Source: Eledone cirrhosa
Lineage: Eukaryota
DNA: 64,000 nucleotides
Reading direction: 5' to 3'
Assembly: GCA_964016885.1 (NCBI GenBank)
Contig: OZ024761.1
Location: 12,338,001 to 12,402,000 of the forward strand
The notes under the pieces are model-generated. The model saw nothing but the letters and a program-made list of their open reading frames with translations, ran no database searches and was not told where the DNA came from. This document shows positions 51,001 through 59,706 of the stretch, piece by piece (the stretch's first letter is position 1; each line of letters starts with the position of its first letter). Both the position numbers and the translations under genes were made by a program.

Positions 51001-53891
51001 CCAGCTACCAGGAATTTCTTTACTTCTGGATCAATGGTTGTGTTTGAATTGCTGTTTGAAATTTGCTCAATTCTTTTATGAAATTCAGATTTTGTGTCTA
51101 CTTTCTGATTGGTTGTTTTCAGTTTTGGCCCTTGTTTACTATTGGTCAACAATAACACAGTAGAAGATTCATGCTTCAGCTGTTCCTTATTTTCTTCTGG
51201 AGAGAGGATCTTTTCATCTCGTTTAGGTTTAGACAAAACAACAGGGGAGTAGTTATAAACTTCATCCATTGATTGAGAATGCTGAAGTACCTGTCTGGAA
51301 GTATGGTGTTTAACATGTTGGGTATGAATTAGTTCACTTTGCTGTGATTGAGGTGGTTCCCTTTGCTGTGATTGAGGTGGTTCCCTTTGCTGTGATTGAT
51401 CTGGTTCCCTTTGCTGTGATTGATCTGGTTCCCTTTGCTGTGATTGATCTGGTTCAATTTGCTGTGATTGATCTGGTTCCCTTTGCCGAAATCGACGCCG
51501 ATGCTCAACCTTTTTATGTGAAGTAATTTGCCCAGACTCTTGTTGTGATGACCTTTGTGGTGGCATGACCTGCCTACTTTCTTGTTGTGACTGAACATAC
51601 TCTATATTTCTCCATATACGTTGTTGTTCAGGATCATGCCGTGATCGACGTGTTCGAAAACCTTGATTTCGATCATCAAATTCATTGTCACTAACAACAG
51701 CATAGTTTTGCCCCCTCGGAACAGACCGTACACCAAATGACTGAAGTGAACAGGTCTCCAGATCAGGCTTTCTTTGTCGCTGGCTTTCGTTTGGAGACTG
51801 GAATGCTTGTTTTCTGAGAGAAATTCTCGATGGCCGCATGGTGTCATCATTTGTACCTGGCCCCCGGATTCTACAAAAGGCAGGTCTGGAATATTCTTGA
51901 TCACTTTCATATTGACGTGATGAGCTGCTTGATATGAATTTGGATTTTCTTGTGTCGAAATTCTCATAGTTTTTCAAATCTTCAGCATCTTCTTCGATTA
52001 TCGACTCAGCAGGAGTTCGAACTCCTTCATAATTCATATATTTTGATGAGGTTTCAGTGGACAGTGTTTCCGGAACGCGGAATCCTTGGAAGTTAGCATA
52101 TAGTGAGCTTTGCATTCCTCTGTGAGAGACATTCTGAGCTTTTCGTATTCGTCTCAGACGCTTGGACCATGCTGTACTTAATTCACCGAGAAGAACTTGA
52201 AAATCACCCGGATTTACTAATGGTCGTCGGTGTGTTTTACTGGCTGTTTGGACTGACTCTGGTTTAGCTTCGTGTACCTTTGCCATCTGTGGTTTGGGAG
52301 GAGGTGCAGGTGGTTCTGTGGATTTTATCTGTCTGGAAATTGGGGGTGACATGCTATCAGAAGTAGCTTTCATTGAATAATCATTTTCTGAGGAGCCCAA
52401 ACCAGATTCCACAGAGCCTGGTGTTCTAGGAGTATCCCTTCTTTTCCTGAGAACAGCCTGAAGTTCAGATAACACAGTCTTGTAACTACTTGGATGTGCA
52501 GGTCGCTCAGAGTCAGACTCCGTTTCAGACATATCTCCACTTCGATATCCAGATGTTCGCCGGAACATTCGGGATCTGAATGCCGGGGCAGGCTTACGAC
52601 TAAGACCTCGGTATCTCGAATCCTCAAGTTTCTGAGAATCCAAAATGGCCGGTCCTATAGATTCTGAGTCAGTCAACTGTGCATATTGATCGGAAACGGC
52701 CAGTAGATCTGTGAGAACGTTTTCAATTTGGTCTGACGTTTGGAAACGATTGGATATAATCGATCGGAGCCGATATTCGGACTTGCGTGAACCAACAGAG
52801 CTCACTGATGTCTCAGACCTTAAGTCATCTGTGTCATTTGCCTGTGTAAGTGTTTGAAACCAATCCAACATTGCTGACTCAAATGACTCGATGTCTTGTA
52901 ATTCTTCACTCATTTTTGGTTCCGAAATGGGTTTCTTTTTATCTCCTGCATCTGGTATTTTGTTACACCAGTTCTGACATTTTAATAACACTGGAATAGG
53001 TTTGTCAATTTTGCTTGTCGGTTTGGGGTTTACTGCAAACCTGTCCATGTCCACTGGGGGTATGTGGTGTTGAATGTTCCTTGATCCACTTTCTGATGCG
53101 ACAGGCGTACCTTGTCCCTCGGAAAAATTCAACTCACTAATTTCTGGTGTGCGGCAGTCTTCCAGATCTGACGAATCCAAGAAACCGGATCTCAGAATGC
53201 TACTGGCATGGCTACCTTTAGTTGATGACCTTAAACGGCCAGACTGCCGAAATGGAGGGCAATTCAAATCGGTTGACATATGCCCTGTTGCTGCACTACG
53301 TGTTAGAGGGTGGGAGCCTGAGAGACGAGGTAAGTTCGGAGGGGGAGGCAGGTCAAGCGGGGGTGGAGGTGGAGGAGGTGGAGGTGCATGTGTTCGTGCA
53401 GGTATGGGGGTAACTGTAAACGATATGGGTTGGTCTGATAGGCTGCGGGCTGGCGACTGTATCCTATTTACACAACTAATGCTACCTACGGATGAGTTAG
53501 GAATGGTTTCAAGAACAGAAGAGCTTGGGTTGCTAGGGCTACCCTTCAGGGTGGCGATTTGTGGTGCTTTCTTGATAGGAGTTGATCTAGCTTTTAATGC
53601 AGTCCCCAGTTCTGACTGGAAATTGGAATGTCTCACAGACGTTTTAGTCCCCCACTTTTTATCACTGTAGTTACTCTGCTTGCCCTCAACACCATTTAAG
53701 GTTTGGGGAGCATACGACTGTCGGTCTAGATGCGAAAGTTTTCCATTTTCTGAGAAACCGGCCATCCTGCCTGAGGTCGATGTATGTGTCCGAACAAATC
53801 CTGCCGAGCTGTGGTGGCTGTGTGTTTGATTCTCTTGGGGGGCCTCACGCTCGGCTGAGACAGTGGTTTGTGAAAGGGAATACATGACCAA
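39048..53891 (-). CDS. Giant uninterrupted ORF (4947 aa): low-complexity, acidic, repeat-rich protein; candidate giant exon of the paxillin-like gene or a nested same-strand gene
   Basis: 14.8 kb with no stop, no TE insertion and no (TA)n in a region otherwise saturated with them. Acceptor tttttgttgtttttttagttggtttag|CCA at 53894 (phase 0); first ATG at 53885. End TGG AA|GTAAAT gives either a stop (TAA 39050-39048) or a phase-2 donor. Confidence 0.85.
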   Translation of the reverse strand: MVMYSLSQTTVSAEREAPQENQTHSHHSSAGFVRTHTSTSGRMAGFSENGKLSHLDRQSYAPQTLNGVEGKQSNYSDKKWGTKTSVRHSNFQSELGTALKARSTPIKKAPQIATLKGSPSNPSSSVLETIPNSSVGSISCVNRIQSPARSLSDQPISFTVTPIPARTHAPPPPPPPPPLDLPPPPNLPRLSGSHPLTRSAATGHMSTDLNCPPFRQSGRLRSSTKGSHASSILRSGFLDSSDLEDCRTPEISELNFSEGQGTPVASESGSRNIQHHIPPVDMDRFAVNPKPTSKIDKPIPVLLKCQNWCNKIPDAGDKKKPISEPKMSEELQDIESFESAMLDWFQTLTQANDTDDLRSETSVSSVGSRKSEYRLRSIISNRFQTSDQIENVLTDLLAVSDQYAQLTDSESIGPAILDSQKLEDSRYRGLSRKPAPAFRSRMFRRTSGYRSGDMSETESDSERPAHPSSYKTVLSELQAVLRKRRDTPRTPGSVESGLGSSENDYSMKATSDSMSPPISRQIKSTEPPAPPPKPQMAKVHEAKPESVQTASKTHRRPLVNPGDFQVLLGELSTAWSKRLRRIRKAQNVSHRGMQSSLYANFQGFRVPETLSTETSSKYMNYEGVRTPAESIIEEDAEDLKNYENFDTRKSKFISSSSSRQYESDQEYSRPAFCRIRGPGTNDDTMRPSRISLRKQAFQSPNESQRQRKPDLETCSLQSFGVRSVPRGQNYAVVSDNEFDDRNQGFRTRRSRHDPEQQRIWRNIEYVQSQQESRQVMPPQRSSQQESGQITSHKKVEHRRRFRQREPDQSQQIEPDQSQQREPDQSQQREPDQSQQREPPQSQQREPPQSQQSELIHTQHVKHHTSRQVLQHSQSMDEVYNYSPVVLSKPKRDEKILSPEENKEQLKHESSTVLLLTNSKQGPKLKTTNQKVDTKSEFHKRIEQISNSNSNTTIDPEVKKFLVAGVTDVSKQLQSTICEATEKSAAPSRKLRSPVNQSTTPQLEATSPSRKLRSPVNQSTTPQLEATSPSRKLRSPVNQSTTPQLEATSPSRKLRPPVNQSTIPQHQSTICEPTEKPTAPGIKLVSSANQSTKPTQKPLADHMNVGDEKEVILERLMKIGDNKFVSKEELPDLPMDLVKASAMVVKPLVTSNLNRLIGSVQEEEKAKGTAKFETVLNLSETNESSVQETAIKDKSIPEEKPNIGDDVDMTNRGILPEVNINEKLPQEEPCEDKSAFSEATIEVTSTKATEFTILQTSVLREKEPSNAEASEEEVTKEQQPTDGLVKDAEDHVTSSNISITLEPSCREMEKQEVDVEESQEETTHKSETVLIISCTKPPQQSELNEHTSLTADKLISSSVVLSLVNTEHSLLSECPLNDSLTDENNREQDTSVSVTNTENIDVTSGVTKLDREVVEQDTSGSVTNTENIDVTSGVTNTDREVVEQDTSGSVTNTENIDVTSGVTNTDREVVEQDTSGSVTNIENIDVTSGVTNTDREVVEQDTSGVTNTNNIDITSGVTNTDREVVEQDTFISITNIKNIDITSGVTNTDREVVEQDTSGVTNTNNIDVTFGVTDTDKEIVSVLGDTEVSSAQIQLCQSEEKPEEISNEVLISHLEEHPNSEKTEDFVAKPEESDATEKHLDVEPVSCELEDNMIKSDEQLDKEKGLKLESEESKQETYELSGIMGTFDDLEKELKLMKSSLDEDSAKIEGPTIESMLQDVLVKTYSADVLAQLNQSDDDDCLSQGISYGKWFKKKITVVKDELIHETKIIDIVEDSGNMGDTTDSIAEQFDTCEDRLKTENVTPLVECEEFDNVEAEIPNDYLFIENEIYDNVPSMLDDIIQIVPVRSESPGVLPVRKEEEEDVDKQTKQTITCNVMSTETEASSKTSLVLEEMSFPVTSEVEVSSSGLTKLETSEIEIISLLTTLEKDSCSVVEETLIDVLRDNSTDPDLCREVLLKLELPTVEPPKIEALVGETLAVVDLSYLETCAVIEPSDLETSVEVEPSDMETSTVVEPSDLERLAMVDLSDLETRAVIEPSDLETLAVVEPSDLETPVMGEPSDLETQVMVDLSDLETPAVVEPSDMETSVVVEPSDLETPVMVEPSDLETRVMVDLSDLETPAVVEPSDMETSVVVEPSDLEISAVVESSDLETSAVVESSYLETSVVVEPSDLETPVMVEPSDLETRVMVDLSDLETPAVVEPSDMETSVVVEPSDLEISAVVESSDLETSAVVESSYLETSVVVEPSDLETRVMVDLSDLETRIVVDPSDLDSLMVESDVPQSPSEASAELEALRMALSQMEPSQPEPSTVPQPQLEPSTVPQSQLEKLIAALSQMEQSTVALPQPKPSVEAQSQLERLSAALSQMESSVVAQPQQSSEAQPQLDPSAEAQQQQSAEAQPQQSSEAQPQLDPSAEAQQQQSAEAQPQQSSEAQSQLEPSVEALTQLEKSSVTLVQMEPSSEAQSQQSSEAFPQLEPSAEAQSQLETSVVTLPQLEPSAEAQSQLETSVLTFPQLEPSAEAQSQLEKLSMALSQMGPSTEAQSQLEKLSVALSQMGPSTEAQSQLEKLSAALSQMGPSTGTYPQLETITVAVSELEPSTEELMERHHCAMETAQVFTAEEQHQIPEMEKSLTLTEEVFVDSAVSVDVPNNEDLKIPIENHSDMSVVEEQLMPELPLTQTEPISATTSIKVLQQPTDMDLLDTSKEIVADNETAVEECATAYYSTTENVKNIAVLLMPDMAIEEAQIFPLVVRTTAEPSFEFVNIVAASEIRISESKSESMEASEPMEASEISTSDGLKSIATDNNSALDGMLITTYAEERITSKVDSENKVVLNESDYLERIDIISRDLHNFLPTAKVETITAESDDNISESSDEIFQDTLCDNSPMFRRKYTEIVRAEIGSRMETLHTYQRDLLLEIDEDDEDDDEFVEAEGEAMDLNSFNGMSNLQETLETKLIVEEGGDDGSVLETLETKTMVKEGGDEGVVQETSETEIIVEEGGDDGRSQETLETKIILEEGRDEDVVQETLETKIILEEGRDEGDVQETLETKVTLEEGRDEGVVQETLETKIILEEGRDEGVVQETLETKIILEEGRDEDVVQETSKTEIMVEEGRDGGVDGDDDRSLPTIYEATEERTEDVNKTVEVFEGMELTVDQCVEHLEKNSKELTLVEADEISSYYGAEITDNAELKEVPSVLDNAVLVESDKELIELKEEPSVLDNAVLVESDKELIELKEEPSVLDNAVLVENDKELTEELPCQEMEDESKTVLLSELKRSQAITNFNEISENKSFEVKEFEEFSSKHVYETTLMKTDESFGNLMACLQSDNLNELEEFERIELACEELSQKKLMDQSNKEECVEKSDSLKEAPEKQQIILINGSETSEGGNSVELLDLAVSTTSNVEHFEKTKASEENSMSILEKQEKEQLNYFDYLRIRSCEEDKVCVTLHSEGKPSENGEINNRLGMVEHDKKDNDGTCGVSSDQNTIEITVSPTPNNATFADSSSKDDTENISSNVGFEDVSVVKDTTVKFYSKDGKNDDTLQTDGLDLNISINTHEISSTTTTSSTTTTTSEVSSFEESVKRENGLSQETSVVTEESSRKMELLETSLSSSDINVSDETVVKSSKGDVADINVVERDQKNEILHEFHLSKTDTQAEERNESLVLKLPEIDAVVGVTLSSEQSSPEDSSSLPSDISPDGLQSDDKELGQSEVLEEGNSEELTPPSESQAGVEEECSKAGAIVTKKKKKKAKKKNKNNKNGHETLNVEEVWENGEATGLDEMAMEGSGSNSETSVQSGADVHSTLTSEAEFTEIDKSVDYSSCVSVENSTTISQQSVVVEVTSVNVEKTTENTLQQQQQQHNLKGTKITLANHDEVVETTLANQNTITETTLANRDEVTETALANRDVVTETILANQNEVTEIILANQNDATSQQLTSHEVVTETTLANRNTVTETTLANRDTVTETTLANCDTLTETTLANRDVVTETTLANRDTVTETTLANRDTLTETTLANRDVVTETTLANRDTVTETTLGNCDVVTETTLANRDTVTETTLANRDVVIETTLANRDVVTETTLANRDVVTETTLANRDTVTETTLANCDVVTETTLANRDALTETTLANRDALTETTLANRDALTETTLANHDAVTETTTANHIKVTETMSHHQICKHDMVTETALQQLTNEAKTTSEELTNWDAITSAELANQDGITSAELVNRDEITLAELTNRDEIASAELVNRDEITSAELANQVEVIRETISVSQNEVVEMTSQKSTKHEVTTVQQLANDNEATLQQPANNIEVKETVSQLQHLASYSDTTKSTPVSGDEDLSLTELSSDATVELRKQKTVTFGITETIQNMEEDVAGLSKSDSLPQEAEADEDENNSKLDASHCFTIYFRGSSVERERPGSKLPTIFGSLEQISSRPFVQDSKQLRNSVDLNGKLNSHVSSRIPRPFCKTNSSSFVQSSSSRFSDSYMRKSNFLSDLPNSSIDDYFPARDESRLTSVNVSKSEMPPPLSSHSTISNERGSRRIPPPIPPPFRTIHNETEPPPIPSRKNRLAGSLETEPATNLRNNSTDDTTMLSGGEGSVTLVNDEKQQQGTNTNGVDMLSGGEGSVTLVNDEKQQQQGTNTNGVDNSESHVKSTSKSSNSQQKRFRDLKHFSRISNLTYNEVLELEEHDKMEYLKDFGTEQRIQNLREFSEVCSTESVFSRKSGSSDSGILTNLRESKHSASSQSLQTSRTPGYRKTKRLSDSAVCVDGTEEFDQSMLTSPSQTNGEKERSNTLQSVTRRNREPIVYGRINKSREMARSCYSLDYHFRYGSKGSSDMTGAAAASDTSSYHGGSRNDSEANLTVQRLQDAGMCTSSFNPAAKNFEDNHSFLSSVSFLKSAKDSTLSVNDTETESESIYEDVSLYTSSECDTSSIKHEKKSKKLSSKLKKFGSKLKKFWK

Positions 53892-55206
53892 TGGCTAAAC
53901 CAACTAAAAAAACAACAAAAACAGGACGTGTGTGCAAAGAAGAAGAAATTAAGAAACAGGAAAGAGAATTTGTTTTTGTGTTTTTTTGTTTTGTTTTTGG
54001 GGGGGTTGTAGATGAAACCTCTATAAGACCAGAAGCAGTCGCAGTTTGGGAGTACCTCAAGTGGATAAGGACAGCTGTCACCGTTGTTACCTCCCCTTCA
54101 TTTCTGATAATATAAAGAAAACAATAACAGAAAAAAAAATAATCAAAAGATATTAGATTTTTTTTTTTCTTATTTTTCAAATCAATGTCTTTTATGTGCA
54201 TTACGATCACATTTATACACACACACACACAGACAGACACACACAAACACAAACAGACACACACAAACAGACAGACACACACAAACAGACACACAGACAG
54301 ACACACACAAATAGACACAGACACACAAACAAAAGGACAGATATTACATGTAAAAATGTGCACACATACACACACATGCATAACAAATAAACACACACAC
54401 ACGCACGCACAAAATGAATACTCTCCCTCACACATTTTCTCAATCTTTCTATTTCTTCTTCAATTTCTCATTCTTTCCTCTGATGAAGGACTAGTCTCTG
54501 AAACATCAAGACACTTTTCCTGCGATATCAACTGTAAAACTATTAAGAGATTTCTTCATTGTAATGTGTTGTTTACTTTGTTATTTCTGTGTTGCCTTTT
54601 ACACACACACACACACACAGATATATATATAAACATCACCACCACAGTCCATTTTTCCATGCTAATACACATCACTATACTTACACAAACACACACACAG
54701 CAAATCCACACACACTGACACACACACACTTACACATCACACACACATCCTTATACATACACACACACACACAACACATCTACATACTTTCACATATACA
54801 CACAACACACATATTTACACACACACATCCATACACTTACACACACACACTGACATTAAAACTAAACACATAAAATATCATTATTTAAACAAAAAAGAAA
54901 AATAAATAAATTGAAATTTCTTTTATGTATTTCTCCAAATAACAACAGAAAATGCACTTAGTGACCTTTGTGTGTGGCGTGTGTATGTGTGTGTGTGTGT
55001 GTGTCTGCGTGTGTGTCTGTGTGTGTGTTCTCCCTCCCCGAGTTAAAGTCTCTCTGTCAGTCTGCCTGTCATAACCATAGTAGGTACTGTTTGATGGTGA
55101 TGATGGTGATGATGGTGATGATGATGGTGATGATGATGATGATGATGGTGAGGATAACACTTAATGATGATGACGATGACGACACTGATAATATTAATGA
55201 TGACAT

Positions 55207-55247
<41 letters not shown>

Positions 55248-55594
55248 TTTGCGAAAAGAAATGTGGAGAGCAAAAAATGAAGAAACTTCACAAAAATAAG
55301 TAATAACTTCCACCACCCACCCATCAAAAAATTTTTTTTTTAAATACATTAAAATTAAACAATGATGACCCCCAAAAGGTCCTGCCATCTTTAGAGATTA
55401 AAAGCAAAGTCTGGAGAAAGGGGACACATTTTGGGTGTTGATTTTCTTTTTTTCTTCCCTGCCTTTAAACTAAATGAAGAGCAAAATATTATATGTATTA
55501 CGAAGTTTTAAATAAACCTGAATCAACTGATTATGGTGCAGCTCTTTTAATTATATATATATATAAATTATTTATTAAGTGTACAGATTAAAGT

Positions 55595-56012
55595 TTAACC
55601 CTTTAGCATTTAAACTGACCATATCCAGCCAGAATTCCTTCACCTCTTTCTGTTCAACCTGGGCGTAACTGACCACTCATATTTATGTTAAGGTATTGTT
55701 CCTCAAAATAAATAACATCAAAATCTCATAGATTTGATATTTGTTTCTACTTTAGGCACAAGGCCAGCAATTATCCAGTACATTACTGGTACTTTATTTT
55801 ATCGACCCCGTAAAGATGAAAGGCAAAGTTAATCTCGGTGGGATTTGAACTCAGACTGTAAAGGGATGTAACTATGCTAGAAAGCATGGTGTCCAACCCT
55901 CTACCGATACTGCCAATTCATCATATTGTGAGATAATTATGTAAGATAAAGCCTTTACCAAGAAAATCTAATTAATAGTAGATATAGAGTAATGTAAATG
56001 CTAAAGAGTTAA
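55595..56012. mobile_element. TTAA-flanked MITE with a nested SINE A (55741-55918)
   Basis: TTAAccctttagcatt ... aatgctaaagagTTAA; the MITE body resumes after the SINE. Confidence 0.65.
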
Positions 56013-56245
56013 GCAAAGAATTTCTGCTTTCATCCTATTACAGGATCTTCTGAAACTGAGAAAAATCAATCTGAAGATGCAGAAGTAAATATTTCAAAAA
56101 TATTGCAACTAAAAGAAAACAGGAAGATATAACATTGGTTCTTGAAGACATAATAGGGTAACATTCTTTCCTTAAACTTAAATTAATCTGTACTAATAAT
56201 TAATATTTGCTCTATGGGTTTATTTATATATATATACATACATAG

Positions 56246-56285
<40 letters not shown>

Positions 56286-56483
56286 TCCGAAGAGATTGTT
56301 TTGATAAAGACAGGAGCAAGCAGGAGAAAGCTCTCTACATTCGTAGTTTGTAGTTACGATGGAGATTCAGTATAATAATAATATTAATAAAGATGCTGGA
56401 TGTTACATAAATCGTTTTGTAACATCAGCATCTTTCTGTTATTATTATCATTATTATGTATGTATGTATATATATATATATAT

Positions 56484-56587
56484 ATATTTATTAAAATAAC
56501 AGATTAAAGTTTAAGCAGAAGATCCCGTTAAGGGTGAAAGCAGCGATTCTTTGCTTAAACTTTAATCTGTTATTTTAATAAATATTT
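56484..56587. repeat. Palindrome with about 34-bp arms
   Basis: atatttattaaaataacagattaaagtttaagca ... tgcttaaactttaatctgttattttaataaatat; the arm sequence recurs in degenerate form near 55565 and 56170. Confidence 0.75.
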
Positions 56588-57144
56588 GCTCTACGGTTCT
56601 TATGTATTTGATATATATTTATCCTTATCGAGCCCTCTTTGGATTTTTGTCTTCAAATTTATTATTATTACTATATATAAATATATATATATATATATAA
56701 ATATATACACACAATCCTTATTGGGCTCTCTTTGGATTTTGGCCTTTATATATTACATATATATTATATGTGTGTGTATATATATATATACATACATTCA
56801 TATGTTTATGAACCAGAGTTACATTACAAATACATCATTAACAAAAATAGTAAAGAGAAAATGAAAGCCAACCTCATGACAGAGAATAAAAGAATAAAGC
56901 AAAAAAGAAAATATAAGGCTAGAGAGATACTGAAAGTTGACAAGAGGAAGTTGACAAGAGGAAGCTGACAACAGGAAGTTGACAATAACCAATGATATGC
57001 AACAAAAGCATACAACATTTATCAAGCAAAAATAATATGAAATTTAGTGAAACTAAACGAAAATAAAAGACTTATAAAGAAAGAGAAAGAGAGTAGGACC
57101 AGTACAATACCTAACATGCATTTTATTTATTTAAGATGGCTAAC

Positions 57145-57288
57145 CTCTGAAACATAGCTGCTGCATATGTGTCAATAGTTCTAGAGCTCATTGGTACAAC
57201 CTCCTCCAGGCCAGGAGGAAGTTGCTGAGTTCCATCTGACACAATAGGGGAATGTGGTAACAGTGGAGATGGGCGATGACATGAGGAG
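57145..57288 (-). CDS. Candidate 144-nt cassette exon (SSCHRPSPLLPHSPIVSDGTQQLPPGLEEVVPMSSRTIDTYAAAMFQ)
   Basis: Acceptor ttcttgtttccatccattcag|C and donor TTTCAGAG|GTTAGC, both phase 2; 48 open codons; non-repetitive island; donor context almost identical to that of the 20777 exon. Confidence 0.5.
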
Positions 57289-57485
57289 CTGAATGGATGG
57301 AAACAAGAACATTCTTTGAGTAAGATTACCAAAATATTTCAATGAGAACAATTTTTCATTTAAAAACAGAAGGATTTTTTTTTAAAACCATTCCATTTTG
57401 TTTTCTAGAATTGTAAACCTCCCCAAAACAGGAGAGAACATTAAATAGAAGCAATTTATATAATTTCAGTTCTGTTTTTATTTTA

Positions 57486-57587
57486 TTAGGTTGAGTAATA
57501 ACTCATGAGCGTTTTTTTTGCCTAAGTGTTTTGGTCTGTGCATTTTTAAATTAATAAAAACCCCTCATAAATTATTACTCAACCTAA
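57486..57587. mobile_element. Mariner-type MITE (about 100 bp, TA target site)
   Basis: TA ttaggttgagtaataactcatgag ... ctcataaattattactcaacctaa TA; the TTAGGTTG terminus is typical of mariner/MADE-like MITEs. Confidence 0.65.
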
Positions 57588-57689
57588 TATATCATTGTTT
57601 TGTAATTTCTTTGTGTTCACGACGGGACCACATCTAGCTACAAATCTTGGCTAGATGTGGTCCCGTCACAGCTGAACACATTGCTGTCC

Positions 57690-57940
57690 TTTCTCATTAA
57701 ACTCTGCCAAGGCCAATGCTGTACAGAGGTGTTACAGCAGGGGTGTTAGAGCAGAGGACATATCAGGAGGTGCTGTGTAGTCTGTAGTCACACACAACGT
57801 CCCCATCCTTTAAATATCTCCATTTTGCAAGACTGACTTTTGCACACCCAACACCAGATCTTAGTCTGTTTAGACATTTCTACACTGCATAGTTTGTATC
57901 TGTTCCAGAGGGGCAGTGCCTTGCTCACCTTTAGCTCCAT
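57690..57940 (-). mobile_element. Decayed non-LTR retrotransposon C-terminal zinc-knuckle region (I/Jockey/Ingi-like)
   Basis: Minus strand KCLNRLRSGVGCAKVSLAKWRYLKDGDVVCD...QTTQHLLICP resembles RLRTG.G....L.KWG....CxCG..QT..HLL.CP. Confidence 0.6.
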
Positions 57941-58744
57941 TGTGTTAGAAAAGATTAAAGGGATGATCTTTTCAAGAATATAAATCAGTGGTTCTTAACC
58001 TTTTTCTAATGTGGCACCCCTTGAGGTTTTTAAATTCCATCCTTCACTCCCTAGGTAATAATAATATAAAACCTACCCCTCTTTCAACTAGCAGTTATTC
58101 TCAACATCACTACTTCAACTCTCCCCACCACACACACTAGCCAAATAAATGAAGAGTCGAGAGGACCCTTCAGTTGTGTCAAGGACACGACAACCTTCCT
58201 AATTCAGGTGATCTACATGATAAAGACACCCAGTACACTCTGTAAAGTGGTTGGTGATAGGAAGGGTATCCAGCTGTAGAAAGCTCACCAGACAAAAGAT
58301 CAAGAGGACCCTTCAGTTGTGTCAAGGGCATGACAGTCTCCCTAGTTCTGGTTATTTAGACAGTAAACACACCCAGTACACTCTGTAAAGTAGTTAGTGA
58401 CAGGAAGGGTATCCAAACTAATCTTGCCAAACAAAGGGGTTAGAAGGACCCTCAATTATGTCAAAGACATGACAACCACTCCTGAGCACTTGGTGGAATG
58501 TAAGACTGTACATAAGTGAGACAGAGATCCCTGGCCTGCCTGGGAGAAGAGTGGCTTTGCTTCAGTACTGACTTGGTATGTATGGACCTGTCCAACACTT
58601 GCGAGCAGGGAAAGGGGACATTAAAATAATATTAACAAGCATGATGATGATGATGATGATAATAATAATTTCTACAGTTGTCAGAAGGGGGACAAAGGTT
58701 TGACTCCAAAGGGATAAGTCCTATCAATATTATCCACCATACAA

Positions 58745-58938
58745 GGGCGGTGGATTGGCAGTATCGGTAGAGGGTCGGACGCCATGTTTTGACGCATAGA
58801 GTTACGGCCCTTGCCATTCTGAGTTCAAATCCCGTCGAGGTTGACTTTACCTTTCACCCTTACGGGGTGTGATAAAATAAAGTACCAGTAATGTACTGGG
58901 GTAATTGCTGGCCTTGTGCCAAAAAGTAGAAACAATTA
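58745..58938 (+). mobile_element. tRNA-derived SINE family A
   Basis: ggcggtggattggcagtatcggtagag...gagttcaaatccc (B box)...gcctttcatccttacggggtcgataaaataaagtaccagt core. Other copies at 13085-13290 (-), 13297-13487 (-), 19229-19365, 26338-26532, 26540-26730, 55741-55918 (-), 63398-63580 and 63598-63788. Confidence 0.8.
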
Positions 58939-58974
58939 TCCACCATACAACTGCTTCCTCCATGGACATCTGGC

Positions 58975-59706
58975 AGAGGTGATGGTGATGGTGGTGGTGG
59001 TGGTGGTGGTGAAGGTGATGATGGTGGTGGTGGTGGTGATGGCGGTGATGTTGATGGTGGCAATGGTTAAACTGGTAACATTGATGATGATGGTGGTGGT
59101 GGTGGTGGTGGTGGTAAAGGCGATGGTGGTGGTGGTGATGTTGATGGTGGCAATGGTTAAACTGGTGACATTGATGATGATGGTGGTGGTGGCGGTGATG
59201 GTGGCGGTGGTGGCGGTGGTGGTGGTGATGGCGGTGGTGGTGGTGATGGCGGTGGTGATGGCGGTGGTGGTGATGGCGGTGGTGATGTTGATGGTGGCAA
59301 TGGTTAAACTGGTGACATTGATGATGATGGTGGTGGTGGCGGTGGTGGTGGTGGCGGTGATGGCGGTGGTGGTGGTGGTGATGGTGGTGGTGGTGGTGGT
59401 GGTGGTGGTGATGGCGGTATAGTTGATGGTGGCAATGGTTAAACTGGTGACATTGATGATGATGGTGGTGGTGGTGGTGGTGGTGGTGGTGGTGGTGGTG
59501 GTGATGGCGGTGGTGGTGGTGGTGATGGCGGTGGTGATGGCGGTGGTGGTGGTGGTGGTGGTGGTGATGGTGGTGGTGGTGGTGGTGGTGGTGGCGGTGA
59601 TGTTGATGGTGGCAATGGTTAAACTGGTGACATTGATGATGATGGTGGTGGTGGTGGTGATGGTGGTGGTAATAGTAATGATGATGATGATGATGATGAT
59701 GATGAT
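58975..59706. repeat. Compound (GGT/GAT)n repeat with a recurring 40-bp anchor
   Basis: gttgatggtggcaatggttaaactggtgacattgatgatgatg occurs 5 times among GGT triplets. Confidence 0.9.
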
